The notes beneath the pieces were generated by a model. It saw only the letters and a list, made by a program, of their open reading frames with translations. It was not told the origin of the DNA and did no database searches. The position numbers and the translations under genes were made by a program. DNA of 64,000 nucleotides from Anolis carolinensis (lineage: Eukaryota). Below are positions 47,497 to 61,708 of this stretch, one piece after another. The first letter of the stretch is position 1; every line of letters begins with the position of its first letter. The stretch is taken from the NCBI RefSeq assembly GCF_035594765.1, contig NC_085847.1:9300001-9364000 (forward strand). The letters run 5' to 3'.

Positions 47497-50400
47497 GTTA
47501 TTATTATTGTGTCTTTATCCCTTCGGCAGTTTCCTGGTCTCACAGGAAACCACAGAAATGTGTTGGGTTTCATGCGGCCTGTAGAAAGCATGGAGCCCAC
47601 CAGGATTTTTGTGGCTCCGAGCCTCCTTCAGACCCCATTTTGTTTTTCTGCATTATAGGAGCAGTTGCAGAAGCTGGAGGTGGAACTGAGAGAAGTAACC
47701 AAAAACAAAGAGAAGCTGAGGAAAAACCTGCTTGAGTTGACAGAGTATACCCACATGTTGCGGGTTACTCAGTCTTTTATCCGAAGAACTGTCGAGGTAC
47801 TGCATATATTGTGTCAACATTCTTCTGAACCTTTTAAATCTAGATAGGAAGAAGGTAGAGAGAGCTGCCCCTGGCTGTTCTCCAGTCACACAACAAGTGT
47901 CTGATAGTAGGTGCATTCCTCAAAAAAATGCTATCCTGGGTAGAGCTAACTCTGCTCCTTGCAAAGTGCCAAATTGGACACAAAATCTCGTTGGATTGGA
48001 TCTAGATTTAGTCAGTGGACTTGTGTGAGTCATCGTTCTCATTGATTACATTCAGTCTGCCTTTTGAATGGAGGAAGGGGTTTAACGTTAATCTATATAT
48101 ATAAAAGAGTGATGGCATCAGGGCAGCGGACAAAACAACAAAACTACAGGCCCCCCAACCTCGAAATTTGACAACACAACCCATCATCCACACCTCTGGG
48201 TTGATACAACAAAAAGAAAAGAAAAAGTCCTAATTACAGGGAGAGGAATAATAGTTTTTATCCAATTGCTGCCAGTTTGAAGGCTAAGCTCCGCCCACTT
48301 GGTCTCCTAGCAACCTCCTCAGCCCAGGGGACAGGCACAGTTAGGCCTCACTTAGGCCTCTTCCACAGATTATCAGATTTTAACTGGATTATATGGCAGT
48401 GTAGACTCAAGGCCCTTCCACACAGCTATATAACCCATTTAGTATCTTATATTATCTGCTTTGAACTGGATTGTCTTGACTCCACACTGCCATATAATCC
48501 ACTTCAGTGTGCATACTAAACATAAAGACAACCATACAACAGACATTCAATACCACCACTAGCTCAACAATTTCTCACCAACACCACCAGACAACACCAC
48601 AGCAACGCGTGGCCAGGCACAGCTAGTGTCAGATATTTGAGATCTTTGTTTGTGATCTGTGTTTTTTCGTGACTTAGTGCAACTAGAATGTTCTAAAATC
48701 TTTTTTCAAACTTTTGTTTCTAGATTGAGTCTTATTTGTACACAAATTATGAAGAATTTCCAACCTTAGAAAGCGAGCCCTTAGCCGATTACAGCTGTAT
48801 GCACAGACTTGGTGCCAAACTGGGGTAGGTAGTGGGAATCGGTGGTACTGAATAGTATTGCCAGGTGGGCGGATAGCAGCACCTGGTGTACTGCTGAAAA
48901 CATTAGACAAGTTGTCTTAAATTTGAATGGGAACATTGAATGCTGCCGGGGAGGTGTGAGTGGGTGAGCTTTAAATGCAATTTTTATTGTACAGTAGAGT
49001 CTCACTTATCCAAGCTAAACGTGCCAGCAGAAGCTTGGATAAGCAAATTTGTTGGATAATAAGGAGGGATTAAGGAAAAGCCTATTAAACATCAATTAGG
49101 TTATGATTTTACAAATTAAGCACCAAAACATCATGTTATACAACAAATTTGACAAAAAAGTAGTTCAATATGCAGAAATATTATGTTGCAATTACTGTAT
49201 TTACAAATTTAGCACCAAAATATCACGATATATTGAAAACATGACTACAAAAATGACTTAGATAATCCAGAGGCTTGGATAAGCGAGGCTTGGATAAGTG
49301 AGACTCTACTGTATTTATTGCATTTCAACCTTATTTTAACTTTATATCCATGACCAAATATTTAATGGTTTTTTAAAATAACAGATTTCATTTATACTAA
49401 AAATTCTGCTCATTTCTCTTGATAATGGTGGGATCAATTTATTCATTGTTTCATTTTCACTGTTCCAGTGAAGGGACATTGAAGCACACTATTGCCTGAA
49501 ACAAACGTTACTTTTTGAAACAGCTCTGAATACCCTTCTGGCTTTGGTTTGCAGTCACAAGAAATGTAGTCCTGTTGTACATTTTGTTTTTTTGTTTTTG
49601 TTTTTAATATAGATTTGTATCTGGCTTAGTTCATCGAGCAAAAATTGATGCCTTTGAAAAAATGCTCTGGCGCGTCTGCAAGGGATGTACAATTTTTTCG
49701 TATTCAGAACTGGAGGAATGTTTACAGGACCCAGATACGGTGAGTAACCATGATAGATGAATAGCAATGTATTAATAAAGGTTGGTGCTGGATCAGTGCC
49801 CTTTGTTTACACTGAGCATCTACACAGAAAGTGGAATTCCCATATACATGTATGCAGAAGACTGCATTCAGAGTAAGCTAGTCACTCTTGGCAAATCATT
49901 GATGTAATAGAACTGTAAACCAAAACTCAAGAATGTGTCCTTTGCTTTTCAGGGAGAACCTACCAAGTGGTTTGTTTTTTTGATATCCTATTGGGGTGAA
50001 CAAATAGGCCAAAAAGTTAAGAAGATATGTGACTGGTAAGGATTGATCTTATAGTTCGTATTTGATATTATTATTCTGCATATGGGAATAATGGGAAAGA
50101 GCCAGCTGTTTCCCCAAGAGGCTGCTAAAGGGTTGCCTTGGAGTTCTAAATCAACCAGATGTGCTCACTACCTGAGGGACAGAGAAAATACTGCTTTGTG
50201 TTTCAGAACAGAAATTGCAATGACCAGATAGTGTATATTGTATTACAAAAACGTGTTCTTATTAAATATTTTTAGAAATAATTTTGAGGGAGTGATTATA
50301 GGGAGTCCTTCTTTGGGAGTCCTTCATTCTGTTTATAATTTTAAAATAAAAAATATTCTATCAGCTCAGCTCAACCTCTGGAACTATTTTAGCATTTTTT

Positions 50401-53400
50401 TCCCTTTAAATGCAACATTCGGATCTCAGCAAATGTAGCTCACATTTTACAACTCTGCCTTTTCTTCCTTTGTTTGAATGTTTTATATTAATATATTTAT
50501 ATTTTTGGGGGCCAGCTACCATTGTCATGTTTACCCGTATCCCAGCAATTCGGAAGAGCGGCGAACAGTTATGGAGGGACTCCAGATTCGCATTCAGGAT
50601 CTTCACATTGTGAGTAGAATGATGTTGGTAGTTTTTTTTCTGACCAGGGAGGCACAGAAAACTGTTTCATATCAGGAGGATTGTTAACACAAATTATCAT
50701 AGCTCAAGAGAAAAAGATATAAACAGTTTTCATCAATGTGTGTTGGAATACAAATCCGGGATAACCAGTTTCTTGTAATGGGAGTACTTCTGTTTTCTGG
50801 GTGGTCTTTAGAGCAGAGATTTCCAAACTCTGTGACACAGTAATGTGTCGCCTGTAGTCCCAATGTGTGTCGCAAGAAAAATGCCCCCACAAACTAACCC
50901 TCAAAGGACATTCAGTTCAATCCCCTTGAGCCAGACAAAGCCTTCCCAACAGACAGACATCCAGTCTCAGTTCAAAAACATCCAATATGTACTTGCAAAG
51001 TGCACTCTCTGCCTATTTGTTACAATGTGAAAAAACTTGTAATTTTAATGATGTAATTTCAGAAAGAACTAGCAGTTGTCTGTCACCAGTATAAATTCTG
51101 AAAGAACCACATGATTATTGATTCTGGGAAAGGGAAGGGAACCTATGGATAGTTTTTGTAAACATGTTCCTTTTGTTGGTATAAAGGACTTGCAAGCACG
51201 TATAGTATTTAATCTTTACGCATCTAAAATGATAATGTCCACATAGGTGCTGCATAAAACCGAAGATTATTTGCGACAAGTCCTGGCCAAAGCTTCTGAA
51301 TCAATCTACACCTGGGATGTCCAAGTGAAGAAGATGAAAGCCATTTATCATGTGCTGAACCTCTGCAGCTTTGATGTCACCAACAAATGCTTAATCGCTG
51401 AGGTCTGGTGCCCGGTGTCTGACCTCCCAAACATGCGCCGAGCCCTTGATGAAGGATCTGTAAGTGATCTAATTTACCTGGGGGGGAATACATTTGAGGA
51501 TTTTAGAATGATGGTGCAATCATTCCTCTTTTTTATTATTAGAGATAAGGGGGCTGCATGTGTTATTAGAACTAATTATAGTTGAAGTTTGGGATCTGGA
51601 CTATAGTCCATTAAGTCTCCTTGGATATATAGATGGGGTGTGTGCAGACAACGACTGTAGAGGAAGGAAAAGTGTATTGTTGGCTCCACAAATACATACC
51701 GTATATACTCGAGTATAAGCCGACCTGAATATAAGCCGAGGCACCTAATTTTACCACAAAAAACTGGGAAAACATTGACTCCAGTATAAGCCGAGAGTGG
51801 TAAATTTCAGAAATACAAATAGATACCAATAAAATTACATTAATTGAGGCATCCGTAGGTTAAATGTTTTTGAGTATTTACATAAAGCTCAAATTTAAGA
51901 TAAGACTGTCCAACTCTGATCAAATCATTATTTTCATCTTCTTCAGTGTAAATGTGCTTATGTATCCTTTTAATAATAATAGAGTAAAATAATACATGTA
52001 ATAATAATAATAAATACAGGAAAATAATATATGTAATAATAAATAAAGTAAAATAATAAACGTAATAATACCAATAATTATAGAGAAAAATAATAAATGT
52101 ACAATATATTCTCGAGTATAAGCTGACCCAAATATAAGCCAACCAGGACCCTCACCCGAGTATAAGCCGAGGGGGGCTTTTTCAGTCTTAAAAAAAGGGC
52201 TGAAAAACTAGGCTTATACGCAAGTATATACAGTAGTCTTTTTTCCCAGTGGGACATTATTATAACATCCATCTAACACTGCAGTAGGCATTATGTGGAG
52301 TTGCAGTTCAGTAAAGGCAAGGCTTAAGGAGGGTTGCTTAACATTGATCAGATATTTGACTATAATGTTCTGTTTTCAAAAGGGAGAACCATCGGGAAAA
52401 ATTGAAAAATCTAATTGTAGACCTCTTCTTGGGTTAAATACTGCAAATAGTAATAGAGATCACCATTGTTTAATTCTGTACCCAGAGAGAAAGCAGAGCC
52501 TCTGTCCCATCGTTCATGAACACAATACCAACGAAAGAAACGCCCCCAACATTGATCCGTACCAATAAATTTACCTCTGGATTCCAGAACATTGTTGATG
52601 CTTATGGGATTGGGAGCTACAGGGAAGTAAATCCAGGTGAGTAACTCATAGATTGAAAAACAGGATTTAGCTTCATCCCACTCTCCTGCCTGTAAACGTG
52701 TCTCAAGAGCTCATTCTGTGATCTTGACAAAGCATGGTTAATACTGCTGCTTAATACTTGTTAGTGCTAGCAGAGAAAGCAAAAATAAATGCCTTCTCTT
52801 TCAAATGTGAATGATAATAACAGAAGATGACGTCTGGGTCTGGGTCACATCCTGTTAAAAAAAAAGTTATCTTCTGTGCATAAAAGGACCTATAGAGGAC
52901 AGAAAGGTGGTGAACTCTGAGAGTTTGGAAAGCCATTTTAAAAGGATATCATCCTCCAAATTTCTCCTGGGTAAAGGGCTGTTAATTGCATCCAAGGACT
53001 TCCTCTTCCATGCTGTCATAGTTGACACGTTGGCAGGTTTCCTCACTAGTAGTACAGGAAGATGATTGAGAATGTTGATATTGCACATGGTGCTTGCTAT
53101 GTAGCAATGCTTGTGATACAGCAGAACTCTTGTCTCTCTAATTTTACAGCTGTGTTCACCATTGTCACCTTCCCCTTCTTATTTGCTGTTATGTTTGGAG
53201 ATTGTGGGCATGGCTTCTTAATGTTCCTGTTTGCATTGTTCATGGTGTTGTTTGAAAACCACCCTAAACTTCAGCGATCACAAGATGAGGTAAGAAGGAA
53301 CTTGGCTTTTTCCCCACTTACATGTGAAGATGAATGAACTCCCATTCGCTCTTGGAGAGGCAGATAGCAAGTGCTGGCACATTATTGTCCTAGGTTGTAG

Positions 53401-56400
53401 AACAGTGGTGTTCAACCTTTGGTCCTCCAGGTGTTGGGACTCCAACTCCTAGAAGCCTAGACCAACTTGTCCAATGTTCAGAAATTCTGGGAGATGAAGT
53501 CCAAAACACCAAAAGTTAGACATAGTTAGAGATATGAAGTTCTCGAGCTTTTGCTTTACCACAGCTTTTCATTTTGAATAAAAACTATGGGCAGTCCCCC
53601 AAGTCCACTCAGTTTTTCCCAATACAGTAGAGTCTCATTTATCCAAGCCTCGCTTATCCAAGCCTCTGGATAATCCAAGCCATTTTTGTCATCAATGTTT
53701 TCAATATATCGTGATATTTTGGTGCTAAATTCGTAAATACAGTAATTACAACATAACATTACGGCGTATTGAACTACTTTTTCTGTCAAATTTGTTGTAT
53801 AACATGAAGTTTTGGTGCTTAATTTGTTAAATCATAACCTAATTTGATGTTTAATAGGCTTTTCCTTAATTCCTCCTTATTATTCAAGATATTCGCTTAT
53901 CCAAGGTTCTTCCGACCCATTTAGCTTGGATAAGTGAGACTCTACGATAGTAGTTTTGTTTTTAGGTCTGTTATGCAGAATATTGAAGTAGGTGGGACCT
54001 CCCAGGTTCAATTGATACATTAAATGTAGCACACAGTGCTTATGAAGGACATATCTTATTTATTTATTTTTTCTTTCATTGAAAAAAAAATACGAAATAC
54101 AATTTATGAAATCAGCAAAGTTTACAAATTAACATTGTTGCAAAATATACATATAGTGTACTGGATATAATATTTCCTCCAGAATTAATGTCTAATTCAA
54201 GCAAGTACAGTACTCCGTATGTGACCATGAATAATCGGGGCTTGTCTTCATGGGTTTATTGATTGATTAGCAGAGCAAACTAAAGTATCTTTGTTAGAAA
54301 ATAGGTCAACATGTTATGTGTTCTGTATTTTATAAAAAGGATCTTATCTTTGATCTTGTCCTTTTGAATCTTTGCAGATCATGAAAATGTTTTTCCAAGG
54401 CCGATACATCATTTTACTGATGGGTTTGTTTTCTATGTATACCGGCATGATCTACAATGATTGTTTTTCAAAGTCGTTCGCCATCTTTAGCTCCAGTTGG
54501 AATATTTCCCAAATGAATTGGCAGTGAGTGGCTTCCGTGATAATAAAACAAATTGTTGTGTTCACATAGGCAGCTATTTCCCCAAACAATGTGTGACAAC
54601 CTTACTACCTGTGGTGCTTTTGGTATTGTTTTGATTCTGTATAGTTTTTATTTAATATCTGAATATCTTTTTTTAAAATAATGTTGGTTGAATGGAGGGA
54701 TCCAGAGCCCATTAATAGCAAAGTCTATTAGATGCGAGTCTATTGCCTGGCAAACTCATGATCTAATTTTGAGTGTTTCAGACTCCTTGCAAATACTTTT
54801 TATATGTGTACAAAATAATAAACAACACAATGGAGGACAAAATGGCAAGCATCAATATGGTTTGGGATTGAGAGGGAGGAAAGGAGAAGTTTATTTACAG
54901 GCTTTGCAGTATAATTTGCTGATGTATATAACTTTCTAGCTGGTCCCAAATGGAGCAGCATGATTACTTGGAAATGCTGTATGTTTTATCTCCTGTATGG
55001 ATATACTTGTTTGCCATTTTACTCTGGCGTATGTCATTTACTTTGAATATTTTTAATAGAATGTCAACTAACATACAACCTATTGATGGTAACAGCGTTG
55101 GGATTCATGTCATAATTCTTTTATATGTGCTTTTTAAAAAACCGCAGACATAAGGATATGGAAGATAATCCATATTTGACACTGAATCCAAATGTGACTG
55201 GAGTGTTCAGAGGAGCATATCCATTTGGCATAGATCCGGTTAGTGTTTTTCCCTCAATGGTGATTCTTAAAATATTGATATTGTACGTTACTTCCCCTCA
55301 TAATAGTTGTTTTGTATTTACAGCCCAAGAAGCATACTCACGGTTTTTTGTTTTATGGCTTTAATGGGTACTTTAAGTGTCCTGGTTTAAGTCCTCCCAT
55401 TACTGTATCAAGTAAAGGGAATAAATTGTGTTTGTCCTATCTTGCAGTATTTACGGCTTCTTTTTGTTGCAGTTAAACATGGTTTCTATTCTGTTCTCTA
55501 ATCCTCACCGAATGGAGTAGATTTTAGGAATATTTACTATTTGATTCAGATTTTTCGTATCGATATTTTACTCGACTCCCTAATTGTGCCTGTTGACCCA
55601 ATATGCTCCGAAAACGGGATAATCTGCGTTTTGTGTTTTTCCTTTTCTCTCCAGATTTGGAATCTAGCCAACAATCGTCTCAGTTTCTTAAATTCCTTCA
55701 AAATGAAAATGTCTATAATTATCGGAATTGTTCACATGACATTTGGCGTAGTCTTAGGGGGATTCAACCACTTGTAAGTATGAGACGCAAGGGGAAAGAT
55801 GGAATGGTTATTTTGCAGATCTTGATTTCTCCTGGAAATGGGAATGGCTTAGAATAGCTGCACATTTTAGCCCTGTTTATTGAAATAATAATGTATTAAA
55901 TTATTAAATAAGAATAAGAATGAATATATTTAACATTCAAGGCTGGCCCAGCCAATAACAAGTGCTTGTATGTGGCCTTATTATGTGTCCCACCAATCCC
56001 AAATTTCTACTAAAGTCACTGCATGTGGCTATAAATAACAAGGAACCCTTCTCTCCTTCGTGTTGTAAGTAGCAATAGTGGTAGCCGACATTGGGATCGG
56101 AGTTGTTTGAGACAATTTCACCAAAACAGTAAATGGATCAGCTTGGTTCTTGTTTGAAGACTCTACACGTTATGTATTTCTTTCTCCACAAACTTTCTGT
56201 ATACATCTGATTTTTGCTCCTGATTGCCAAACTAACCTGCATTTCCTTTTGTTCTTCCATCAGGCATTTCAGGAAGACATACAATATTTATTTAGTGTTC
56301 ATTCCTCAACTTCTGTTCATGCTGTGTACTTTTGGATACCTTGTATTTATGATCATCTATAAATGGCTGGCTTTCAGTGCTGAAAACTCCAGGTCAGCTC

Positions 56401-59400
56401 CAAGTATTCTGATTCAGTTCATCAACATGTTCCTGTTTGTTGGCAACGGGACCGACAACTTCCTTTTTCCAGGACAGGTTGGTAATTGATGCAGTTCGTT
56501 CAGTTATTGTCTTGCTAGCAGGTCATTGTCCTCCATATAAAAAATGTTTCTGTTGTTTCTACCTTTTGAAACAGGTGATTGTGCAGAGAATTCTAATAGC
56601 TGTTGCTATAGTATCAGTTCCTGTGCTGCTTTTTGGGAAACCACTTTATTTATACTGGTTGCATAATGGTGGCCAAGGAATCGGATCTTATCGAGTATGT
56701 ATGAGAAACTGCGATATTTATCATCATGTCTATGCTTGATGAGCAAAACATTCCATCCTAAGTGCTGATGTACTCTGAAAAGGATCTTTTCTTCGTTTTC
56801 TAGAAAGGTTACCGATTAGTGCGAAGAGAAAGTGAAGAAGATATTGCTTTGTTGATGACGCATGATGTTGAAGAAGGAAACAGTGCTTTGGATACCAGGC
56901 ACAAAGATGAGGCAAAAGAAGAGGTGGGTCCACCTGCATGTAGGCATTTTTTTAACCTGCAGCAATGGTCGGTAGACTTGGGATTAATTTCCTAGCTCCA
57001 TCATCCGTTAGCCGAGAAAAAAGACTGTTTAGCTGAATGCATATTTCTTTATCATTTTGCTCCCTCCACAGTCCCTCCTTTCTAATTTTTACCTCCCACT
57101 GTGTTAACATTTAAATGGTAACCTTCATGGGTCAGGGATCTAAGACGTTTTATTGATTACTCTCTATTCAAAGCACTGTGCATGTTGTGGATACTCCATC
57201 AACACAATCCATTAGATCTTATGAAGCAAATAGTAAAATGTTCTGCTTTCAGAGAATGTTTAGATTGATTTCTTTGCTTGTGTGCATCAACATATTTGCA
57301 CAATTATTTTCTTGTAGTTTAAATTTGTAGATGTGTTCATGGATCAGGTTATCCATACCATTGAGTACTGTCTCGGATGCATCTCAAACACAGCTTCATA
57401 CCTGCGGCTCTGGGCCCTCAGCTTGGCTCATTCACGTAAGTATTTTGTATGCAATCTGAGATGTTCAATTTTTTTTTCATTCTGTTGTAAACAACAAACA
57501 TCATACTGTGTACAGATTCATTAAAGTTCAATTAAGGGAAGCAGTTGTTTTCTTGCTCCATGAATTTACCCTTCCCTTCTTATTCATACTTTGGGAAACA
57601 TAAACCCAAATTACATAAACCCAATTTATCCCTCCCTCCAGNNNNNNNNNNNNNNNNNNNNNNNNNNNNNNNNNNNNNNNNNNNNNNNNNNNNNNNNNNN
57701 NNNNNNNNNNNNNNNNNNNNNNNNNNNNNNNNNNNNNNNNNNNNNNNNNNNNNNNNNNNNNNNNNNNNNNATAGAATAATATAATATATTGTATATACAT
57801 ATAATATTAATAATATTATAATGTATTACGATATAATACTGAGAGTAATACAATTTAATAATATTAATTATATATTATATATGAAATTTAATTTTACTAA
57901 TAATATTACAATGTAATGATATAGTACAATATAGTAATTCAATGCTAGTATTATACTATGCTAATAATATAATGTATTGTATGTGAATGTAATTTGTAAG
58001 CCACTCTGAGTCCCCTTTGGGGTGAGAAGGGCAGCATATAACTGTAGTAAATAAATAAATAATAAGAAATAATAAACCATCTTATTTCCAATTTACAAAT
58101 AACAAGTTCTGTGACATCTTTGGTGATCGTTGGTGTATAATTAAAGTATGGTATGAGATATTGACAAGTTGGAACACGTCCAGAGGAGGGCGACTAAAAT
58201 GATCAAAGGTTTAGAGACCATTCATCCCTCTGAGGAGTAGCTTAAAGAGCAGGGTCTATTTAGCAGATCCTCAGGCTTTCCATAGCTATGATGTAGTGTC
58301 TTCTGATGCATTTGAAGCTTGGTTTTAATGAAGTGATTGCCTCCTCAGCTAATTGTAATGATTTGATGAATAGGGAACTTATTATCGTACACTTTCAGGA
58401 AAATCTTTGTCCAGTAAATGTGCCCCAGGCTTGCTCAGTAAACCTATGAGGATACAGGTTGCTTTGTTTTAAGTGGGAGATGGGCTTTCTGGCTAAACAG
58501 AGTTTTTGTAAATTTTATTTTTAGAGTTAGCCGAAGTACTCTGGGCAATGATCATGAGAGTGGGCCTTCGTGTGGATGCAACGTATGGGATCCTACTGCT
58601 AATACCAGTTTCAGCTTTATTTATGGTTCTAACAGTATTCATTCTCTTAGTCATGGAAGGCCTCTCAGCTTTTCTCCACGCCGTACGACTTCACTGGTAC
58701 GTGTTTTGTTTCTTGTTTTAATAAGATGACTTGCTAGAAAAACATCTTTGGATATTGTATCTGAAAAAAACAAGCTTTGTGTTTGAAAAATTAGATAGAA
58801 TTGCATATTTATATTACATGCAGTATTACTAATAATATTGCAACATAGTCGTGTAGTACAATATAATAATATATAATGCTTATATTGTGCTATGTTAATT
58901 ATATAATATATTGTATGTACCTATAACTTGTAAGCCGCCCTGAGTCTCCTTTGGAGTGAGAAGGGCGAGATATAATAATAATAATGATTAATAATAACGA
59001 TTAATAACAGCAGCATCAATTATCACCATCTTAGAACTCAATGACAGACCACTTATCAGATTCAAAATGTGTCAACTGTGTATTTATATGCATATTTTAT
59101 CAATGTTTAATGTATTTAATTTTTAACTGATTGAATTGCCTGTAATACAGTAGAGTCTCACTTATCCAACATAAATGGGCCAGCAGAACGCTGGATAAGT
59201 GAATATGTTGGATAATAAGGAGAGATTAAGGAAAAGCCTATTAAACATCAAATTAGGTTATGATTTTACAAATTAAGCACCAAAACATCATGTTATACAA
59301 CAAATTCGACAGAAAAAGTAGTTCAATAGGCAGTAATGCTATGTAGTAATTACTGTATTTACGAATTTAGCACCAAAATATCATGATGTATTGAAAACAT

Positions 59401-59768
59401 TGACTACAAAAATGCATTGGATAATCCAGAACGTTGGATAAGTGAGACTTTACTGTATTTTTATACTGTGTTTTATTGTAAGGCGCCCTGAGTCCCCTAT
59501 GGGTGAGAAGGGCAGGATATAAGAATTGTAATAAATAAATATAAATGTTGCGAATTAATTAATTAATTAATCTTCCTGATGGTAATTTTTCAATGTGAAA
59601 GTAATTTTTATTGAAGAATAAGCATTTTAAAAAATATTTTAATATAATATTTTCTTTTCTGCCCACAGGGTGGAGTTTCAGAATAAATTCTACGCAGGGG
59701 AAGGATACAAGTTCACACCTTTCTCCTTTCAAGACATTTCCTTACATTTCGATGGATATGTTACATAA
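42148..59768 (+). CDS. ATP6V0A2: V-type proton ATPase V0 subunit a2, 20 coding exons, 846 aa
   Basis: Exons 42148-42264, 45079-45157, 47193-47290, 47659-47796, 48724-48824, 49613-49739, 49953-50035, 50516-50609, 51247-51459, 52486-52636, 53150-53289, 54378-54523, 55148-55238, 55655-55773, 56264-56477, 56575-56694, 56804-56923, 57318-57435, 58525-58696, 59669-59768 (2541 nt, open frame). Motifs [52 protein letters not shown] (essential Arg), [23 protein letters not shown]. The a2 isoform call rests on sequence and synteny. AATAAA at 60715 and 60802. Confidence 0.96.
42762..43096 (-). mobile_element. Sauria SINE
   Basis: (ACCTTT)n tail seen as GGTAAAGGTAAAGGTTTCCCC on the + strand; tRNA-like head with a box-B GGTTCAAATCCC on the - strand; AAATAACAA flanks. 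A related head fragment lies at ~24309-24530. Confidence 0.75.
43097..43435 (-). mobile_element. L2-type LINE 3' fragment
   Basis: The minus strand reads GTGGGGACAAGGGAGAGGGCCTTCTTGGTTGTGGCCCCCCGGCTTTGGAAC, typical of the L2 ORF2 end. A similar fragment lies at ~61335-61505 (+). Confidence 0.55.
46507..46640. other. Assembly gap (N run)
   Basis: Ns between an AT-rich repeat and a MITE. Confidence 1.
48092..48626 (+). mobile_element. Non-autonomous Helitron
   Basis: Near-identical to 7004-7534; A^T target. Confidence 0.75.
48992..49311. mobile_element. Tigger/pogo-like MITE
   Basis: Perfect TIRs, TA flanks. Confidence 0.8.
51699..52233. mobile_element. Tc2/pogo-like MITE
   Basis: Same TIRs and interior as 2564-3139. 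Confidence 0.75.
53625..53946. mobile_element. Tigger/pogo-like MITE
   Basis: Same family TIRs. Confidence 0.75.
57642..57770. other. Assembly gap (N run)
   Basis: Ns next to an AT-rich repeat. Confidence 1.
59148..59455. mobile_element. Tigger/pogo-like MITE
   Basis: Same family TIRs. Confidence 0.75.
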
Positions 59769-61544
59769 CTTGGTTGCATTTTTGGAATTGTTTGGGAACA
59801 ATCATGTACCTAGATGTCATTCCTGTACAGAAAAGAGCATCACTGATTGCCTTATAATACAGCCAAGTAATCTATAACCTCCTACCTTGACTTTGCAAAT
59901 GTGAGGTGTCTTGTAAACAGGCTTGAAATATGTGTTGCGATCTTGAGCACCCAGAAGTGAACTTTAAGACTGATTCCGAGCAGCTGACCGCTGCTTCTAA
60001 ACAAGATGTAGCAAATGAATTTCCTTCGACCAATCCCTGTAGCACAATCTCCGCATGCTCACCTGGAAGCAAAACCCCACAAACGTACATAGGATTGCAC
60101 TGTTTGTCTTCTTTGTCATTGCCACGAATATTTTGTCTTTGTCGGAAGTTAAAAGAGAAGGAAACTGCCATGGACCTGAAGGTGAAGTTATTTGTCTTTA
60201 CGGTATTTATAGGAAACTGTCTGGCTTGATGTGATGTGGAGTGAAGGCTTTTTAAATCTTCCCCCTCCAGTTATTTTGGCTGTCACAGGTCCTGAATTTT
60301 AACTGGAATAGGAATTATAGTTGTGGGTGAGGCCTCTTCGTAAGGAATGAAAGATAGAATTTTACTCTCAAAGGTCACTCACTCTCTTCCAGGATCACTG
60401 CTTGAAGTTATTTCGTAAGGTCTTCAGTATCCTCGCTGAGCTCCTTGTGGTCTTATTCAAAGTAACTGAATGCGAAGTATGTGCTTTGGTAGCCCCTCCT
60501 TGAGTCTGGGGATGCACTCCTCACTGTGGAAATGCAGCCGAATAACTGAATTATCCCACAGATTCTCTTTGGATACACTACTTCTCGATGAAGCATGCCA
60601 CTGCTGGGAGTTAAAACTGGCAAAATCAGGTTCTAGCTTTCTATTGGCTGTGACGCAGCAGGCAGTTTGATACTCAATTTCTTTCTGCTCTTTATTTTTT
60701 TTAAAAAAAATCAAAATAAAATGGGGATATTTTAGCGTTAGAATTTTGTAAGTGCCACAAGAAATTGAATCTGGTTTTTTTCCCCTTTCCTATCCGTTTT
60801 CAATAAAAGCTGATTGCTATTTTTGAGAAGGTGCGTTGTGTTTGTTTGATAGTGGCTTAAAATGAGAAAATACTTCTAGAACATGGCCAGACAGCCCGGA
60901 AAACATACAACAACTCTAGGTTTCTACTCATTTTTACAAAATTAAATATAAGAGTTTACCCTAACATTCAAACGAAAACATATGTTTTATTTATTTATTT
61001 ATTTCAACTATTTATAACCCGCCCTTCTCACCCGAGGGGACTCGGGGCGGCTTATAAGTGGGAATTGATGCCGTTACACTGTTATACAATGAACTAAAAC
61101 GTTAAACAGTCATAAAATACAATATACAAAGTTTAAAACAATGCAAAGTGCTTATGCCATTCATCCACCAGATCTTATACAAGAGCGTCGAAGCCAACAC
61201 AACATTACACACAACAGACCCTGCACTTGTCCAAAACCCCTATCCCACACAAAATAAAACCCCATCCTAATCACCAGAGATGTTGATTAGCTCAGCCGGT
61301 GACCAATTTACGCAATAAAAAATTACGGGATTAAAACAGTTTGGGTCCAGGCTATTTAAGTAAGCACATCTCTACATATAAATCAACACTGTGGTCGGTG
61401 GAGGAGACCCTCCTCTCGGTCGCACCCCTGTCTCAAGTGGGGTTGGTGGGGACAAGAGAGGGGGCCTTCTCTGTGGTGGCCCCACCTCTGGAACTCCCTG
61501 CCCAAAGAAGTCAAAATAGTCTCCTCGAGGCTGCATTCTCGCAT

Positions 61545-61708
61545 CCACCACTAGAGGGAGTCACGTGCCGTGTGGGGGCGGTGATGGAAAGGAGCGGAAG
61601 CCCCGCCCCTCGGTTTCCATGGCGACCGGCGAGCGTCCCGTGGCTTGGGCCTAGCTGGAAGCGGCGTGCCTCACCTCAGAGCGGGGTTGGGGCTCGTCGG
61701 CGCCGGCC
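61545..61708 (+). promoter_or_regulatory. DNAH10 CpG promoter with CTCF-like site, E-box, GC box and RFX X-box
   Basis: CCACTAGAGGGAG 61548-61560 (CTCF-like), CACGTG 61562-61567, CCCCGCCCC ~61601, GTTTCCATGGCGAC 61613-61626 (X-box). Confidence 0.7.
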
